Part shown: positions 35,501-50,500 of the stretch, piece by piece
Numbering within the stretch: the first letter of the stretch is position 1
Layout of the letters: each line of letters opens with the position of its first letter
NCBI GenBank assembly: GCA_964036045.1
Contig: OZ038378.1
Span: forward strand, 8,866,001-8,930,000
DNA from: Eutreptiella sp. 'Long Island Sound 2002'
Taxonomy: Eukaryota > Protista > Euglenida
Length of the DNA: 64,000 nucleotides
Reading direction: 5' to 3'
Translations under genes and position numbers: made by a program
Notes under the pieces: generated by a model
The model's database searches: none
What the model was told of the DNA's origin: nothing
Seen by the model: only the letters and a program-made list of their open reading frames with translations

Positions 35501-38500
35501 GAACAAATTGGCGGACCGATTTTCGCCAAAACAGGCTCCCAGTGCCCTGGATCTCAGTCCCAGGCCCCAAACACACCTTCTTTTTGGTTGCTCTGTCGTT
35601 GGAGTCATGTGGAAACCCAAAATATCTCGCAATTTTGGAAAAAAATTTTGTCTCTCGGTCTGTACATGGTCCCTGAGCCTTATTATGACAGCTTCAGGCG
35701 GTAGTATAGTGGTATATGCACTGGTCTGTAAGTTGGCTGGCGTGGGTTCAGTTCCCGGCTGTTTTTTTGCATTTTTTTTGTCAAAATTGATTTTCTATGC
35801 ACAAACAAAGCCTGCCAGAAGAAGATGAATGCACACAGGCTTCCCATTTCCATCTCACTGTGTGCTGGGTGGGTGTGCAGCTCTGATCTGCAACCAAAGC
35901 TGTCCTGCAGTAGTCAATCTGATGGGTCTTTTTGTGGGCAGTAAAAACACTTCATGGTGCCAATCTGAACACTCAATATAGAAAGAACAGGTATTATCCA
36001 GTGTCCCAAAGTAAATGATGCACATCTTCGAGTGACGCCTCCAAATCAGGTGTCCTACAATCCCAGAAGCCCCAACAAGTCAGCACAACGAATCGGCCAA
36101 ATCACAGAAACCCCACAAATCGGCAGAACAAATCGGCGGAATTCAGAACCCCAACAAATCGGCGAAATTGGCCGAATTCAGCCGCCAATTTGGGGGCTGG
36201 GTTGAACCCCCCCCCAAAAAGAAAAAGCAGTGGCACATCTGAACCCAGTGTAACCCCAGAACTTTTGGGGCGGGGGGGGGGATTACCCATCTCCCTTCCC
36301 ACACAATACAATGTCGGTTTGCCCTTGCTCTCGTGTTAGAAGAGAAGAGGGTCAGGATCAGAATGGGAGTGTGCCAACCTCATTGGCAAACGTCTTGAAA
36401 GGATCCAGGAAAATCGAAGGATTGCCATCCAATCCATCAACTTCGGGGTTTGCCATCCGCAATGCCTTCTGAATCGTCTCACTGAAGCGGGATCCAAACG
36501 CCAGCACTTCACCAACAAAACCGCCTCGTTCTGTATGATGGGCGACGTCTGTTGTGCTTTCCTCTCTCTTGACGTAACATGGGATTCTGCAAAAGAAATT
36601 GATGGCTGGACACATGCCTGACCCTTTTCATCCCTCTTAGAATATTTCTCTGCCTGTTTGAGCGAGGGTTCTGTACATGCATGCCAACAGTATCCCGCAG
36701 GGCCCCCTACCATGTGCAACCAGCAATATCAGTTGCTGTTGCATCCAGCAATGAGCAGGAACCAGCTGCGTCTCATATCTGACCTAGTAAGACGCAGCTG
36801 GTCCTCATCACCTGACCCGGCGGACGCTGGTGGTAAATCTGGTGCTATGCCCATCCAATGGCACCAAATCATTGCATCCTTGAGATGGTCTTCCAAGGCA
36901 GCTAATTCAACACCATGACATGCTGAAACCAGCGGGTCTCGATATGGTTGGCCTACATGTTGCGAAATGTTGCAGACGGATGTTGTTCAAGAGAAACAGC
37001 ACTGGAAATGGATCAGCACCAATTGCTTATTCAAAGCAATGCAGCACCACAAAACCAATCCATCTGGGCTCTTTGGACGGGCTGCTGAAAAAGCCATTTT
37101 CCACAATCCTCCCCCCCACGTTCTGGAAGGGCTTATTGGGCCAGTGCCCAAACAGTGCCTTTTTAAGCTTTTTTAAACCAAAAAGTTTCAAAACCATTTG
37201 GGATGGACTACCATTTCTTGAAAATGTTTGCCCAAAATTTTTCTTGGATCCAGAATATTCCAAGATTTAAGTCATCGAGAGCCAACCAAGAATCCATGTA
37301 CTACTACCCGGGGGGGGGGAGGGGACACAAAATTTGGCACAACAAAAGTATGCCAAATTCTGTCATGGCATTTTAAGGTCTGTTTTTTTTTGGCAAATTC
37401 CAAGTTTTGCGCAGCAATTTGACCCAAAAATTAGCCTTTTTTTGCTTTCTTTGTTCGCACATCTTGCGCAACCAATTTCTTTAATACATCTGACGTTGCT
37501 CTTCATGAATGGATGCTTCTGGATTCCTGCTGGTAAATCCTGGATGGTTGCTATTATTTCCTGGTGCACTCTGGATGGTTGCTGTTATTTCCTGGTGGAC
37601 TCTGCGATGTCAAGCGCCATTTGTTGGTGCTGCGGTTCCAATTTTTTGTACTGTTTTCTGGCTTTGGGTGGTGGGACCACTTGCGCCAGGAGCTTCTCCA
37701 CCAACTGGGTTGCAGTAGGCCGAGCAAACAGCGCCACATCAAAATTGCCACGGGTCGTCCAACAGGCCGCCGCGGGGCAGGAGCGGCAGGGATCTCCACC
37801 GCTTGCACCATACCAAGAACAATCCTACAACAAAAATCGGAGATTTCTGCCCTGTGGCCCTCAGCACATTTGCGCGCCCTTGTACCGTTTCCAAGGCCTG
37901 GCCCTGAAAAATTAACTAATTTTTTTGAATCTTTTTTTGCGCATAAACACCACTGTGCCCACAGAATTAACTATTTCCACAAATCTTTGATATTTGTAAG
38001 GCAAAGATGGGCTTGATGAAGAAATCCAAGAATGAGGAACAAATACCGGTTTCATATCTTTGTGTTTGCAAATCCCCAGCCCCGATGCCCGTCATCTGTT
38101 GATTTCATGAGAATGTAAACTGGGAAACCAATACGTTTTGATACTCCCAACCTCCTCACAATATCTCAGATTACTGGGGCAACTGTTTTAGTGTGCAACG
38201 AAAAATTGCAACCACAAGACCAACTCAGCCATGACATGAAGACGGGACGCATACCTGATGGCACAGTAATCCAGACATGGCTCATAGCATGCAGTCATCC
38301 CACGGCACATGGGATTTTGAACCTCTGTCAATGCGTACCCCAGAGATAACTTCGTGGCCACATAACCCAATGGATACCCAGTAGCACGTGAGGCAAAAGC
38401 GGCAGATCCGGACAGACTGGTCCACACAGTGGTCACATAGAATTCCTGCGAAGGATTGGAGGGTGCCAGTCCATTCATTGAAGCATTTTGAAAATATTTC

Positions 38501-41500
38501 TCACCCTTGCGCCCCGACAAATCATCTGCTTCCCCTGTACCCACACAACACATCTGCCTGATGGGTTGCGCCACCTTTGTCTGTCTGCATTGTACCCCCC
38601 ACGAATCATCTGGTGGCCCCAGCATGGCACGTGCACGCACCTCGGACCATTATAGCAATAGCGGACTGAGTTCACAAAAAAAAATTTCAACGCATCCGTG
38701 CATCACTTTGGCAGACCATATCCTAGACTGATTTGCCCAAGCACTCTCATTGATTCATACTCATGCAAACATCACATACGTGTGTGCCTGGAAACAGAGC
38801 AAAGCGCACATGGCAGGAGCCGATCACGTTCAAATGCCGAATGATCTTCAATGCAGCTGTCTGCAGCATCCCCAACTCTGAGCTTCCCAGCGTCTGCGCA
38901 GGCACCACAAAAATGGCATCCTGCGAAAGGACCCTGTCAAGAAAGGGTGTTGGGACAGCAACTTACAACAAGCTTCAAATGAACTGAGATTGGCCCGCTG
39001 AGCACTGCGCACAAAACCTCAAACAACAAAGAACTCAGCCAATGATAAAGATTGAAAATAGTTTCTGGTGCGGGGTTCAAGCCGTCCTCTTGAGCCACTC
39101 AGATGCCCTGAATACCTTGACCAACACAGGCTTGTCATTGCAAAAAGAGGAAGGGAGGGAGGTGGGGGCTGTGACCCAGGTTTTTGCACAAAATAGCGCA
39201 AATTTTTTTTCGTCAGTAAAAAATGGACTGTCCCCCAGAGGACTTTTGTGATGGACACCAGGGGGGGGAGGGGGGGGCACCCTCCTCCCAGCACAGGCCT
39301 GCCAAAGCATGCGCATCATGGTGTTTGTCTTCCGGGCCTGTTTTTGAATACAAAGATTACTGCTTAAATCCGGTGCTCAAGCACAACATACCACTCCACG
39401 TCACACCTGTGCACAGGGTTCCCTGCAAGCAGAGACGCTATATACACAGAAGTCTGCATTAGGTGTCATTGACTTGGGTAATTCCTGAGGCCCTTTTGGC
39501 ACATGCATAATAGGCTTGAAAAAGGCTGGTTGGGACGGGGGGGGGGGGGGGTTGGTGAGTGTGAATATCGTACGAATCCTAGTTTTGCGGAAGCAGTCCA
39601 CAGCACAGACAAGCACCCACAAGCAAGCGTTTCAGCTTGACAGGGCCCACCTCAACGGCACCTTATTTGAAGCATCTAAACATGAAGCAAGGGCGGAAAC
39701 CGAACAAAGGGATGCACCATGCAGCACAAGCAGTTCAAGTCAAAGGGCGGGCGGGGACAAAAATTATTTCTTGTACGATCTTTGTTGGTGGATGTCACTT
39801 TTGTGAAGGGCATGAAGCTGAAAATAAATAAATTTTTTGTGTTCTTTTTTTTTCAGCCTGTGCCGGGAAACCGCAAAACCTTGGGATCGGCACGGTACTT
39901 GCTTGACTGCCTTCTGCGTGGCACCTGGGGGAGGGGGGGGGCAAGGGTGGTATCTGCCAGGCAATGGTAGCCTGGGCCTGTGATCAGTACAGGTGAGGTG
40001 CACAGAGTGGACGCAAGAACATCAACAAGGGGTGCTCCCTTCACAAAACGTCACATGGAGAGACAAAGGAAACTACGGGCACAGGCAAGCATAAGGATGT
40101 GAGCTGCAAAATTGTGTGCAGTGTTCCTTTCAAGATTCCGCAGTGAAAAAAGAGTCGCCAATGGAAACTACCATGACATGATGACATGGGTTGCCTCCAC
40201 TGCCCTTTGGGAATGGACAACAGTGATCGGGGACTCTTCTGCAATGTATAACACACCACCTGCACCCTTTAGCAGCTTGTTTGCACCCTAGAACAGCCTG
40301 GATTGCACATGCCATTTTAGGGGTATTCAAGAACAACAGGTCATTGATTGATTTCTGCCAAAGGGGTTCAGGCACCATTTGTGAGTCTTAAAAAAACAAC
40401 TTTGGGACAGCACTGTTTGGACCATAATCCATTGTAACCCGCTTGGCCCCAGATGAGGGGCCTGAAAACAGCCCCTGTTTCAACAGTCAAAAGCTGGTGA
40501 CAGGAGATTGAATTGCAGAAGAAAGGATGGGGAAAGGTTCATTTGTGGGTGAGTGGGTGAGGGTGAGTGGGGATCACTCAGGCCCCTTTTCCAAACCAAA
40601 CCCACCTCAAGAGGGGCTCCCGTGACCGAGCCTATTTTCCAGCCCCCGCTTCACAAGGGGGATGGGCATTGCGACTCCTGTACAAGGAAAACCTGATGAG
40701 GGGCTCCTCATTCTTCTCTCCCCCGCCCCCTATTTCTGGGGGCTCTAGTGACCGCCAATGAATTTTTCACTTGCCTAAAACACAATCTGCTCTGCATTTG
40801 CTTCTTTGTTTGTTTTGTGGACATTTCGCGTTTTCGGCAACCAAAATCTGCACCCTGATATTTTGTGTAGCGTTGATTTCTTCAGCAGAAATCCGAAAGA
40901 AGTGTGCCTGGAAAACCCATGCTAACGGAACCCAATCCCACAAAATGAACAGGCCCAAGCGTACATTGAGGCATGTTGCACACAGGCATGTGACCCAACC
41001 CTCAAACCAAATTGACCATGCAGGGTCAGTGTCAGAATTACAGGCAAGGTCAAGCGCACAGCTTACCCCAAAGGATACAGATTCTCCATATCACAAACAC
41101 TGATGCAGTTATCCATGCGGTCTCTGAGCACCTCGTACCCGACTTCCTTCCATCCCTGAGAGATGCAGCCGCAAAATATTGACGGGAAATTTAGAAACCT
41201 GCCTTAATTGCGGCTGGTGCTCCTTTGTAAAGCAACTCTTCTCCAAGCAATGCTTTTGGATTGGAACTGTTGTCAATGTGCAAGCGTCCCACATGCCATT
41301 CCACACAAAACACGGACACAGATTCATCACAACGTAACCCACAGACGCACAGCAGCGCATGCACAATCACTGTGAACTTGGGCATCCAGACCAGCATGTA
41401 GACTTTGTTATCTGTACTGTTGTCTGTGTTGCTGTCTCTGTAGTCGTTTGTTTTGCAGTCGGTGTTGTTCTCTGTGTCGTTGTGTTAGCTGCCATGGCCT

Positions 41501-44500
41501 GTGCTGCTAACCACCATTGCTGGGGCACAACTCAGAGGCATGTGTGGGAGGCCTTGCGAGCAACCTTTGTTCGCGAACCAGAGACAAATCAGTCATTCTT
41601 GTGCTTAAGCCATTTCCTCAATGACCTCTGTGATTGCTTTGTGCTTGCTGTCTTTGGGTGCACCCCGACCTATCGACCTATGGTAGTCACAGGACTTCCT
41701 GTGGCACGGCGCTCCCCCTGGTTGAAGTGGTGTGCCAAGGGAAAACTCATTTTGTCATGGACCTCACTTGCGTGCTCGGCAGAAGGAGTTGAGACCTCGG
41801 AGCTTGTGCACTACCAGAGGAGAAACAGGCTCTGAGCCCACTGTCATGGGGAACCATTCAGTTTTGCAAGACCTGCCTCGGCTGGTGGGGAAAAGTGAAT
41901 GCCCAGTTCCGACACCCTGGGGCCCTGGGCCAAAGGTCCAGGCCACACGCCATAACAGTGGAGGTGCAAGTCCTGCAAGCCCACCACCAACAATGGAGCT
42001 CTGATGACATCTCTCCATGAGTACAGTGGTTTCTGTGCCCAACACTGGCGGGGGGGGGGGGGGATACAGCGAGTCCTGTGACTCCCATAGGTTGGGGTGC
42101 ACCCAGAGACAGCAAGCACAAAGCAAGCACTTGTGATGGAGAGTCGCTGCATAGCGAGCAACCTCTGATCACTGATGCAGTAACACAAACGAAAAAGGGG
42201 TTCCTTCTCCTGTGACATTACAAGGAGACAGTGGTGTGGCCCTGCCCTCATACCCTGTCCCGATCTCCTCTCGCAGCAGCCTAAGGGACTGCCTGGCGTG
42301 AGCCGCACCCTCATAACACGCACGTCCGTCACAGCCCGCGCCCTGCGGTGCCCGACATTGGACGGGCATGCCTGGAGGTGTCTTTTAAAGAGGAGGGGGG
42401 GGGTCGCCCGAGTGGTCTTGACATTTTTTGGGGGAAATGTTTTGACCAGCCCAGAAATGCCGTCACCCAGGAACCACCAGCTTCCATACTGTGTTGCACA
42501 ATGGGGATTCCAAGCCTTTTCAAAAATCTGTACAGGCAAAAAGGCCACGGCTTCAGTCATGGCATGCATATCCCCAAGGGGATGCGGACCTGCCGCAGTG
42601 CCATGTATGCTGTCAACTACACGACAAAAATTCCGCCAAATGTGCAGAGGAAAATTGTGCCCAATCACTTCAGAGGGGGGGTGGTCTGGGACCCCCCACC
42701 CAATCCCCTCCCAGCACCAGTGCTGAGTTGGTACGCGGAACTCTGGATGCTACACCAGAAACCATAATGGGGTTTATGTTGAGTGCACTTGGTGCTCCCC
42801 TATGCCGCCTGCATACCCCAAGACCCCCTTGCCCAATACCACACCTGAAGCGACTTCTCGACGGTTATGACTCCTGAACTCTCCAATGCCATCTCCATGA
42901 TTTCGCGCAGCTGTGCACCATCGGAGGCATAATACTGCCGCCCCCCCTCCAGCACCTGTGACACACTGACGGTGACAGGATACCCCAAGCTCTCGGCTGC
43001 CTTCAAACCCGCACTCATGGTCTTCACGACTTCAAAAGGTGTGGGACGCAGCCCAATCTCCAGAAGCTCCGCCGCAAAGCGGTCTCTGTTGTCCACAAGC
43101 TCGGCAGATGACAGGGGAGTGCCCAGCACCTCAATGTTGTACTTGTCCAAAATGCCCTACAGCAGCAGTGGCGTGAAGCAACCACAGCAGACTCACAGAT
43201 CGAAAAAAAGAGGCGGGTCCCCCAGAGACAACGAGTACGATGCAACTCTGGTACGCAGTAGCAACCACCATGCTATCACTCAAATCTAAACTTGACCACA
43301 CAATCCACCACAGTGCCGCATGGTGCATGGATGCAGCAGGCTGCCCAAAGAGAAATCTGTTCATGGCAGTGCATAAGCATGTGTCAGCAGCCCTGAAGCA
43401 GAGAATAGGCTCATCAGTATCCAAAAAACATCTCCCTGATTCTCCCTGTTTGCACAGCCCCCCTCCAAGCCTCATGGGGCCATAGTGTGCAGCAGTTGGC
43501 GGTGCACCACCAACACTCGTGAATCCGTGTGTTGGTAATTGTTGTTTCCATTTCATCACAACCAAATCAAAACATGGTATGACGGTTGCAGAAGCGACGA
43601 ACAACGCATTTTATGTCGGAAACACAATGGGTATGCCGAGTGATGGGGTGATAGTGGTGTATGCTCGATGCTATGCCGTCAGTGTCATTGCGTCAAATGG
43701 TAATAATGACGCCATTCTGTTTCTTGGGAAAATATGCACAATACGCCCACAACATGAAGGCCTGTGGTTGCTGTCCACCAAGAATAATACGAGAGGGTGA
43801 TAGTGCCCCAGATCACTTGATCCACTGTATCCAGCACTGCATTTCCACGCTTTTTGCCCTTCGTCCCCTTCTGGTGTTACTGTGGTCTAATCCTGAGCAA
43901 ATTTGAAGCAGGTGCCTGCTGCTGTGCAATAGGGCCAGGGCCCAGGGTATCAGCTGCGATGGACTGCCCCCATTTGCAAGTGGGCAGCCATGCAAGAGGG
44001 CTAAAAGCGGTGTGTGGGGGAAAACTCAGCTCTGTGAACCAGCATGCCACACTGTCAGTTACGTCAATTGCTGCAGCATCAGATAAAGGGTCTCAGACTT
44101 AAGTCTCAGGGATGGATGTAAAATGGACATCATTATTTTTGGTGGGGTCAGGGGGTGGGGGGCAGCAATTCACAATGGGCTGCGGTCCAAAGCATGCAAC
44201 AATTGGCCTATATGCACCATGTTTCTCCTCAGCCTTGCTGTTCACAAACTCTGTGACAATGTGACAATGTGACACTTTGCTTGCTACATGGTGCGTGCAA
44301 ATGCAAGGTGATTCACACCTGTTGCATATGCCCGCATAACCACCAAAGGCAACACTATGTTATGGGGGTTTTGCCATGAGTGGGTATGGGACCAAATTGA
44401 GGTATTTGACATTTGCAAGGTTACACGTCCCAGCCACTCAGCACACAACAAACTCAAACAAGCAACCTGTACCAGCACATGGGAAAAACCAGTGGTTGGC

Positions 44501-47500
44501 CCACTGGTCTGCCGATCTCCCTCCTTGTAAGTTTTCGGCAACACCAGATGCCTCACCAAACAGATCATCCGGTGGCAGTCCCATCGCCTGCAGTAGTACA
44601 ACCCCAACTACAATAATTTGTTCTATGCACTGCGCGCGCTCCTTCACTGTTTTCCTGAAAAGCTTTTCTCTTGCAGAAATCACTGCCACTCTGAATATTG
44701 TATACATAGCAAACTTGCAACCTTAGATCCACACACTACCATCTTGTGGGACTGCAGAGTTATACAAGAGCGTGAGTGCCTTGGATACTTCAACAACATC
44801 ACCCCAACCAGCATCATTAATGACATGTGGGAATCTGTACAATGGATGGCTACAGACGTTGTTAGAAGCCTGCACAAGGATCATACAGCCTTAGAATGGG
44901 GTGCCAAAAGGCATTAGCCAATGGTTCTATGATTTGGAACACTAGACCTTGAAACACTAACCCTAACCCTAACCCTCACCATAAAAGATGCCACTGGCCA
45001 CCATTCTATCCCTCTTTGTGACGGCTTTGGTTGGTTACTCTGCCGTACAACCAGTGCCCAATGCTCGAGGTCATGTGTGTTTGGGACTGGGAAAGGAAAA
45101 TGCACTTTTGTGGGGGACAGGGGGATGTTCGCACACCATGCTGCAGCATTACTGACCCCATGGCGTCCACTCCCCTGCCGGTACTGGCAGACTTCACATG
45201 CAGTCATTCCCATGATTTTGTCACCTATCCATACCAAGGGGGGGCATACGGACCTTCCACCCTGCTCAGTGAGTTGCCTTCACATCTCTGACAGATATAT
45301 GTACGTCAGATTTTTGACTGCACTACTCGAATGCATCTTGGGACTGAACTTGGCCCGTCCTTTCGTACATCCCTCCTTTTTCTTAACTTGTCTGCCATAA
45401 AAGCACCAATTGGAACACTGTTGATAACCACCACTGCCCAGGAGATTCCTCCCCATGACCATGTAGTCTGACAGGAGCATCTCACGTTGAAAAGTGTGTG
45501 AAAGCATGGCTGTATGGAGGTCCTTTCCATGAAGCAAAAAACCACCAGAGCTGCAAACACGGGGGGTTCCAGCCACAAACTCCATCCAAAGAAATTAGGT
45601 TTTTTTTCGGTTTTGATTCAGCAGCTGCCAGGAAATGGGGATGTGGTACCTCCTTGTCCAGCATGCGACCGCAATCCAGTGCCAATTGGCCGCCCACTGC
45701 CAACACAATGGAGTCTGGACGCTCCCTCTGAATGATCTGCTCCAAGATGGATGGACGGACTGGCTGAAAGTAGACCTTGTCCACCTCATGCTTGCTGGCC
45801 TGCACACTGGCGATGTTCGGGTTCACCAAAACCACCGAAATCTGGGCTTCTCGCAGGGCTCTGATTGACTGAATGAAATTAAGGACGGTCGAAATTCCAA
45901 ATCGTCAAAATCCCCCCAGGCTATGGATTGCTATCGGATTGCTGGGTAAACATGAACAACAACCAGTTTGAAGCCTGAAACATTTCATGCCAGCGCCTGT
46001 TGCACTGCTCTGGATGTCTTGCCGGCCCCTGTCCCAGTATTAAGCGCCATCAATGTGCAGGTTGATGCGGCGACCAGGGAGGAACCACAGGCAGATCTCA
46101 CCTGGATACTGCGCCGCCCCTACGCCTACCTGCCCCCCGGTGAAGTACTGGGATCACTGCCAGCTGGCCCCCACAGACCTGCAGGAGTGGCTGCAGGAGC
46201 AGGCAGCGATCCCTGCTCAGGTACACTACGAGCATTGATGGGGGACGAACTACCGCTGCATCCCAGGCCAACCCCCCATGGCAAACCGAGAAATGCCGTC
46301 AAAAAAGATTTTCAAAGGGTTTCGAAACATCCTTTGCCCCCGCCCCCCCCCCCCCCCAAAATCACGATGGTCAGACGGGTATCACAACAGACGGGTGACA
46401 CAACGCCGTGCCTAAACCCAACTCATGGGCGAGGAGGGATACCCAGTCTCTTTTGCCTGGCTCATTTCGCCCTTTCTCTGTTCCCTTCACCACAGTGTGC
46501 GGTATGCCTTGAGGTCCATAGCACAATGACCCCAACCCCTGCTAGCGGTCATCATGGGTGACCCCAAAATCCAATTTTTCAGCCTTCACAAACGGGTGCA
46601 TATGTTGTTGTTGTTGGGGGGGGGGGGGGGAGGCTGCCTTAAAGGCTGAGAAATAGTGCCGGTTGGTACTTCCGAATGTATGCACTGGTTTGCGTGTTTT
46701 GAATGAAGAGAGGGGGGCGGGGGGGGCTAGGTCTCTGGGATGGTGCACTTCTACTCATATCGCGGGAGAGATGAAAATGCAACAGCAGACACGGAGAAAC
46801 GCTATGCACTTGGCAATTGGCAAGGGTGCGAACCTGGCATCCAATGGCATCGTGCTGGCCTGTTTCCCCGGTTGACACACCGGGGGAGCCGATAACCAGG
46901 GTCTTGCGGCGCAGATTGTTGCGGAGAACTGGCAGCGTATACACTCGCAATGGTCTTCCTGTAAAGGTCAAGATTGGCACCAACACTGCCAGCACTTGCA
47001 ACAGCCTCGCTTACAACGCTTTTTCTCGCTCTTCCAGAGGGACACAATGCACACTCCATGAAATCCGCCTCAATGGGAACCCAGGAAACACGAATGCTCG
47101 TATTGTCCACGGGCGCGCACCGTCGGTGACCCTGGCGAATCCCAAAGGAATGGCCAGGCGGCTCGGATCCAATGCCCTCTGGCACGACCCCGTGGCGTCA
47201 GACCTGTCTGCCAGTCCTCAACTGTGGCCCTGAGGAACCGAGAGCTTAATTCCACACAGGGCCAGGGTTGCGGCGTAGCCGACAGTTTGCGCCGCGTTAT
47301 TCCCAGCTGAGGCCGTTGGTTGTCTGTGGACGCGGCCTGTAAGTGGAAGACACTGTTGCAGGTCGCAGATTGGTATTGAAACGGGCCCGGGGAGCGAAGT
47401 GGAGCGCTCTGCTGCCAGCTCTCTTCTTTGACGCCCCTCGGATGTGGGTGTCTGCTCGTGTTCCACCCTTCTGGGGCCTGGCCCTGTCCTATGGAAACCC

Positions 47501-50500
47501 CGAGAACTGCGTGGGAGATCCTACACACACACAGTGCGGGGCTCGCAGGAGCCGGCAGCGGACAGCTGATCATGGGAGGGCTTCTTGGTGTGTGTTGGGG
47601 GGGGGGGGGGGGCTACCGACCCCCTCGAGTGCCCGTGTGGGGTGTTGGAGGAATACCGGGACAGGATTCTTCCCTCCCCTTGCAGCCCACAGTAGGCAGG
47701 GCGCTGGCGGTGTGTATGTACGCTTTGCGCTGTTGCCATGAGAGAAGGCTGGGATAGAATCACCGATGCAAATCAAAGGGTGCCGCAAGGTCGGTTAAGG
47801 ACGGCGACGGCGGCGATCGCAACCTTGATCGGGAACCTCGAAACGGCTTCGTAAGAGGGAAACCCTTTAGCAACCGGACTCTGCCCTGACGCAACTCCCG
47901 CTCCGTTCACACCTACGACAGTGTCCATGAAATGCCTCAAAATGTAATCGGTGTCAGTGGGGCGGGCATCGGACCCAGGCATGAACTGAACCCCTTGGAA
48001 TGGCTTGGTCAAATGGCAAATACCGTCGCTGGTGCGGTCGTTCAAATTGAGGAACAATGACTTCCAATCTGCAGCAAACGCGAGGACAGGGGGTTTGTGC
48101 TTCAGCAAAATGGAAAGACGGGGTCAACATTTGGAAGAAGAGAGTGAAAAACATGAGGTGGTACCGGTACTGCGACTCATAACGGAAGAAGGACCAAGAA
48201 CATGGAACCAACCATCTGTCTGCCTGCGGTGCTCGGTGCAAAAAAAACAACCCAAAACTGGGCATAGTGTTTTGCCTGAATTGATACCAATGAGCTGATA
48301 TGGTCCAAAACGCCCAGCTGAGGGACCCATTGTGAAACCAACACGAATTGGTGCTACATCGCTCCTCGTGGGGTTGTGCGCCCTCCCCTGTCAGCAAATG
48401 ATGACCCAAGCCCAGCCTAATGCTCCCTAGGGCATGTTGGGGTCTACCCTGAAATGGTGACCGTTCAGCCCACTCATGGCGTTGTGAAACGGGCTAAACC
48501 TTCACCAGCAGAGCCCCATAGAAAGGCTGATCAGGTAACCGAAGATAGGACCCGGCACCCACGCCACCACTTTAATGGGACCTGGGTCTCGGACATGTAG
48601 CAGCTACAATAGGCCGGTAACATGAAATACAAACCCCCAAGGCTGGGTCGTTGCGTCAGACTTCTGTGAGTTCCTGTGCTGTGTCACCAGCAAATATGAT
48701 CCTCTGGGCTGTGGTTCTTCGTGGCAACAACTGGGTTAAGATATGCCCGCTCAGGTCTGACTGCAGTTGCCCTTCATGCTGCGCCGGCTCACTGGCGGCT
48801 CACTGCTGTATGGCCTGATAGATTTAATGCTTAATTCGGAAGTGGAAATTTTGTAGAATCCTTGTTTTGTCCAACAAAGTATCCCCCAATGCGTTTGTTG
48901 GGGAAGCCATGCAGCACCAGTCAGGCCCCCCCAAGCGGTGCCCATTGGCCTTTGAGAGGGCTGTTCAGGTTCTGCACCACGGTCGCCAAAACGCCATGCG
49001 TCCATGCAGAGCCAGACCCGAGAATATTTTTTTGCTTATGGACCCCTGAACCAATGGCGAGGTCCCACCCAACCCCCAGTCCCGAGGGGCATGGGTTGGC
49101 TCAAAAATCACCTTGCAGATGTTGTTCGATCAACACCAGCCGGGCTGCAAACATGGGAACCCCCACCTACCCCCCCCGCCTTTTGGGGCCTACTCCCATA
49201 CCACAATGCGAACACTTAAATTGTGGGTTAAACCGCTGCACAACCTTTATTGTTATTTTTGTGAACAAAAATATCCCCCCATGGGCTTCTGGTCAAAGAC
49301 ACCCCAAAACACAAGCCCCCCCTCAATTTGCTCCTTGTCATCCTCTGGCACATTTAGGGTCAACAACTCATCTGATTGGACAAATTCAGTGTACTCCAGC
49401 AATACAGACTCCAACCATTATTCAGAGGGCTCCAACCCTGAATGGTGCCACACATGCAGTACAGAAAAAGTCAGTCCCAATTCACCTGCAGCAGTCATGT
49501 CCGGGATACAAGGCACAGCCACTTACCCAGTCTCTCATCAGACTGCAGCTCGTAGCGTTGGTGTGGGTTTAGGTGTTCCCATTGTTTCTTTTGGCCCAGG
49601 GAATCTCTGCAGTAGCAAAGCTATGCAGCAGCAGTGCACATTGCACACAGATAGGTCGAGAAAAGGGCGTGTGCAGTGTTTCGCAGAAATGCGGGCCTGC
49701 CTCATTTTGATGGGCGGTTGGATGAAGGTCCAAAAATCGACCCATGATTTTTTTGACCTCACATCACAAACCAGAGGTTGTGACCGCCCGTCCCATCCCT
49801 CCAAACATGGGGTACCTGGTTTCGGTTCCGGGGTGGGGTGGGGGGGGCTTTGTAACTGCAAAAAAAAAAATCGGGACTTTTTTGTCTTATAATTTAATGA
49901 TATTACGAACAAAAACCCTGGAGATTTTACTCCTTCGGGTATGCTTGGGATACCGCCCAAAACTGCACATGTCGCTCAGGCCTGCCCTCTCTTCAGGGTG
50001 ATTCAGGTACAAATATCAACTGGGTCCCTCGAAGCAGTCGGGCTTGTACAAGGGGTTGGCTTGAGACCAGGAAGGAGGGCGGTTCAGGGGAGTCGCTGTT
50101 GCGCGCAGTGCACCAACATCGAAACTTCACACTGATGGCTTGCTTGCATTCACGGTTATGATTCATAACCTCGTGATTCCGGATTCCAGGAGCATATTTC
50201 TGGTGTTTGCTGTTTGCCCACGCATCCATCCATATCTCCCACCAACGAGGGAAATGCACAACCTCTCATGAAAACTTCCTACGGTCGCCAGGCTGACCGT
50301 TCCAGGGCGCCCCTCGCCATACATATCATCCTCTGCAGCTTTCATGGAGAGCATGGCCCAAGAACAGCCATGGACCCTGCAGTCTCCAGAGGACAAAGGG
50401 AGCCCACACCACAGGTTCAGATGCCGCTTCCCATGCCGTCCACATGCCCATCCGCAACGGAGGCCCAATATCAATATCCTGCTGCTGGAAACAGAAATGC

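Noticed and set aside
35697-35768. Functional tRNA-Tyr(GTA)
   Set aside because: Acceptor and T stems do not pair and the T-loop is non-canonical; kept only as tRNA-derived
40450-40482. Hammerhead ribozyme-like CAGATGA-GGGGCCT-GAAA-ACAG/CTGT
   Set aside because: The core is CAGATGA rather than CTGATGA, stem II is weak and stem I does not pair in register
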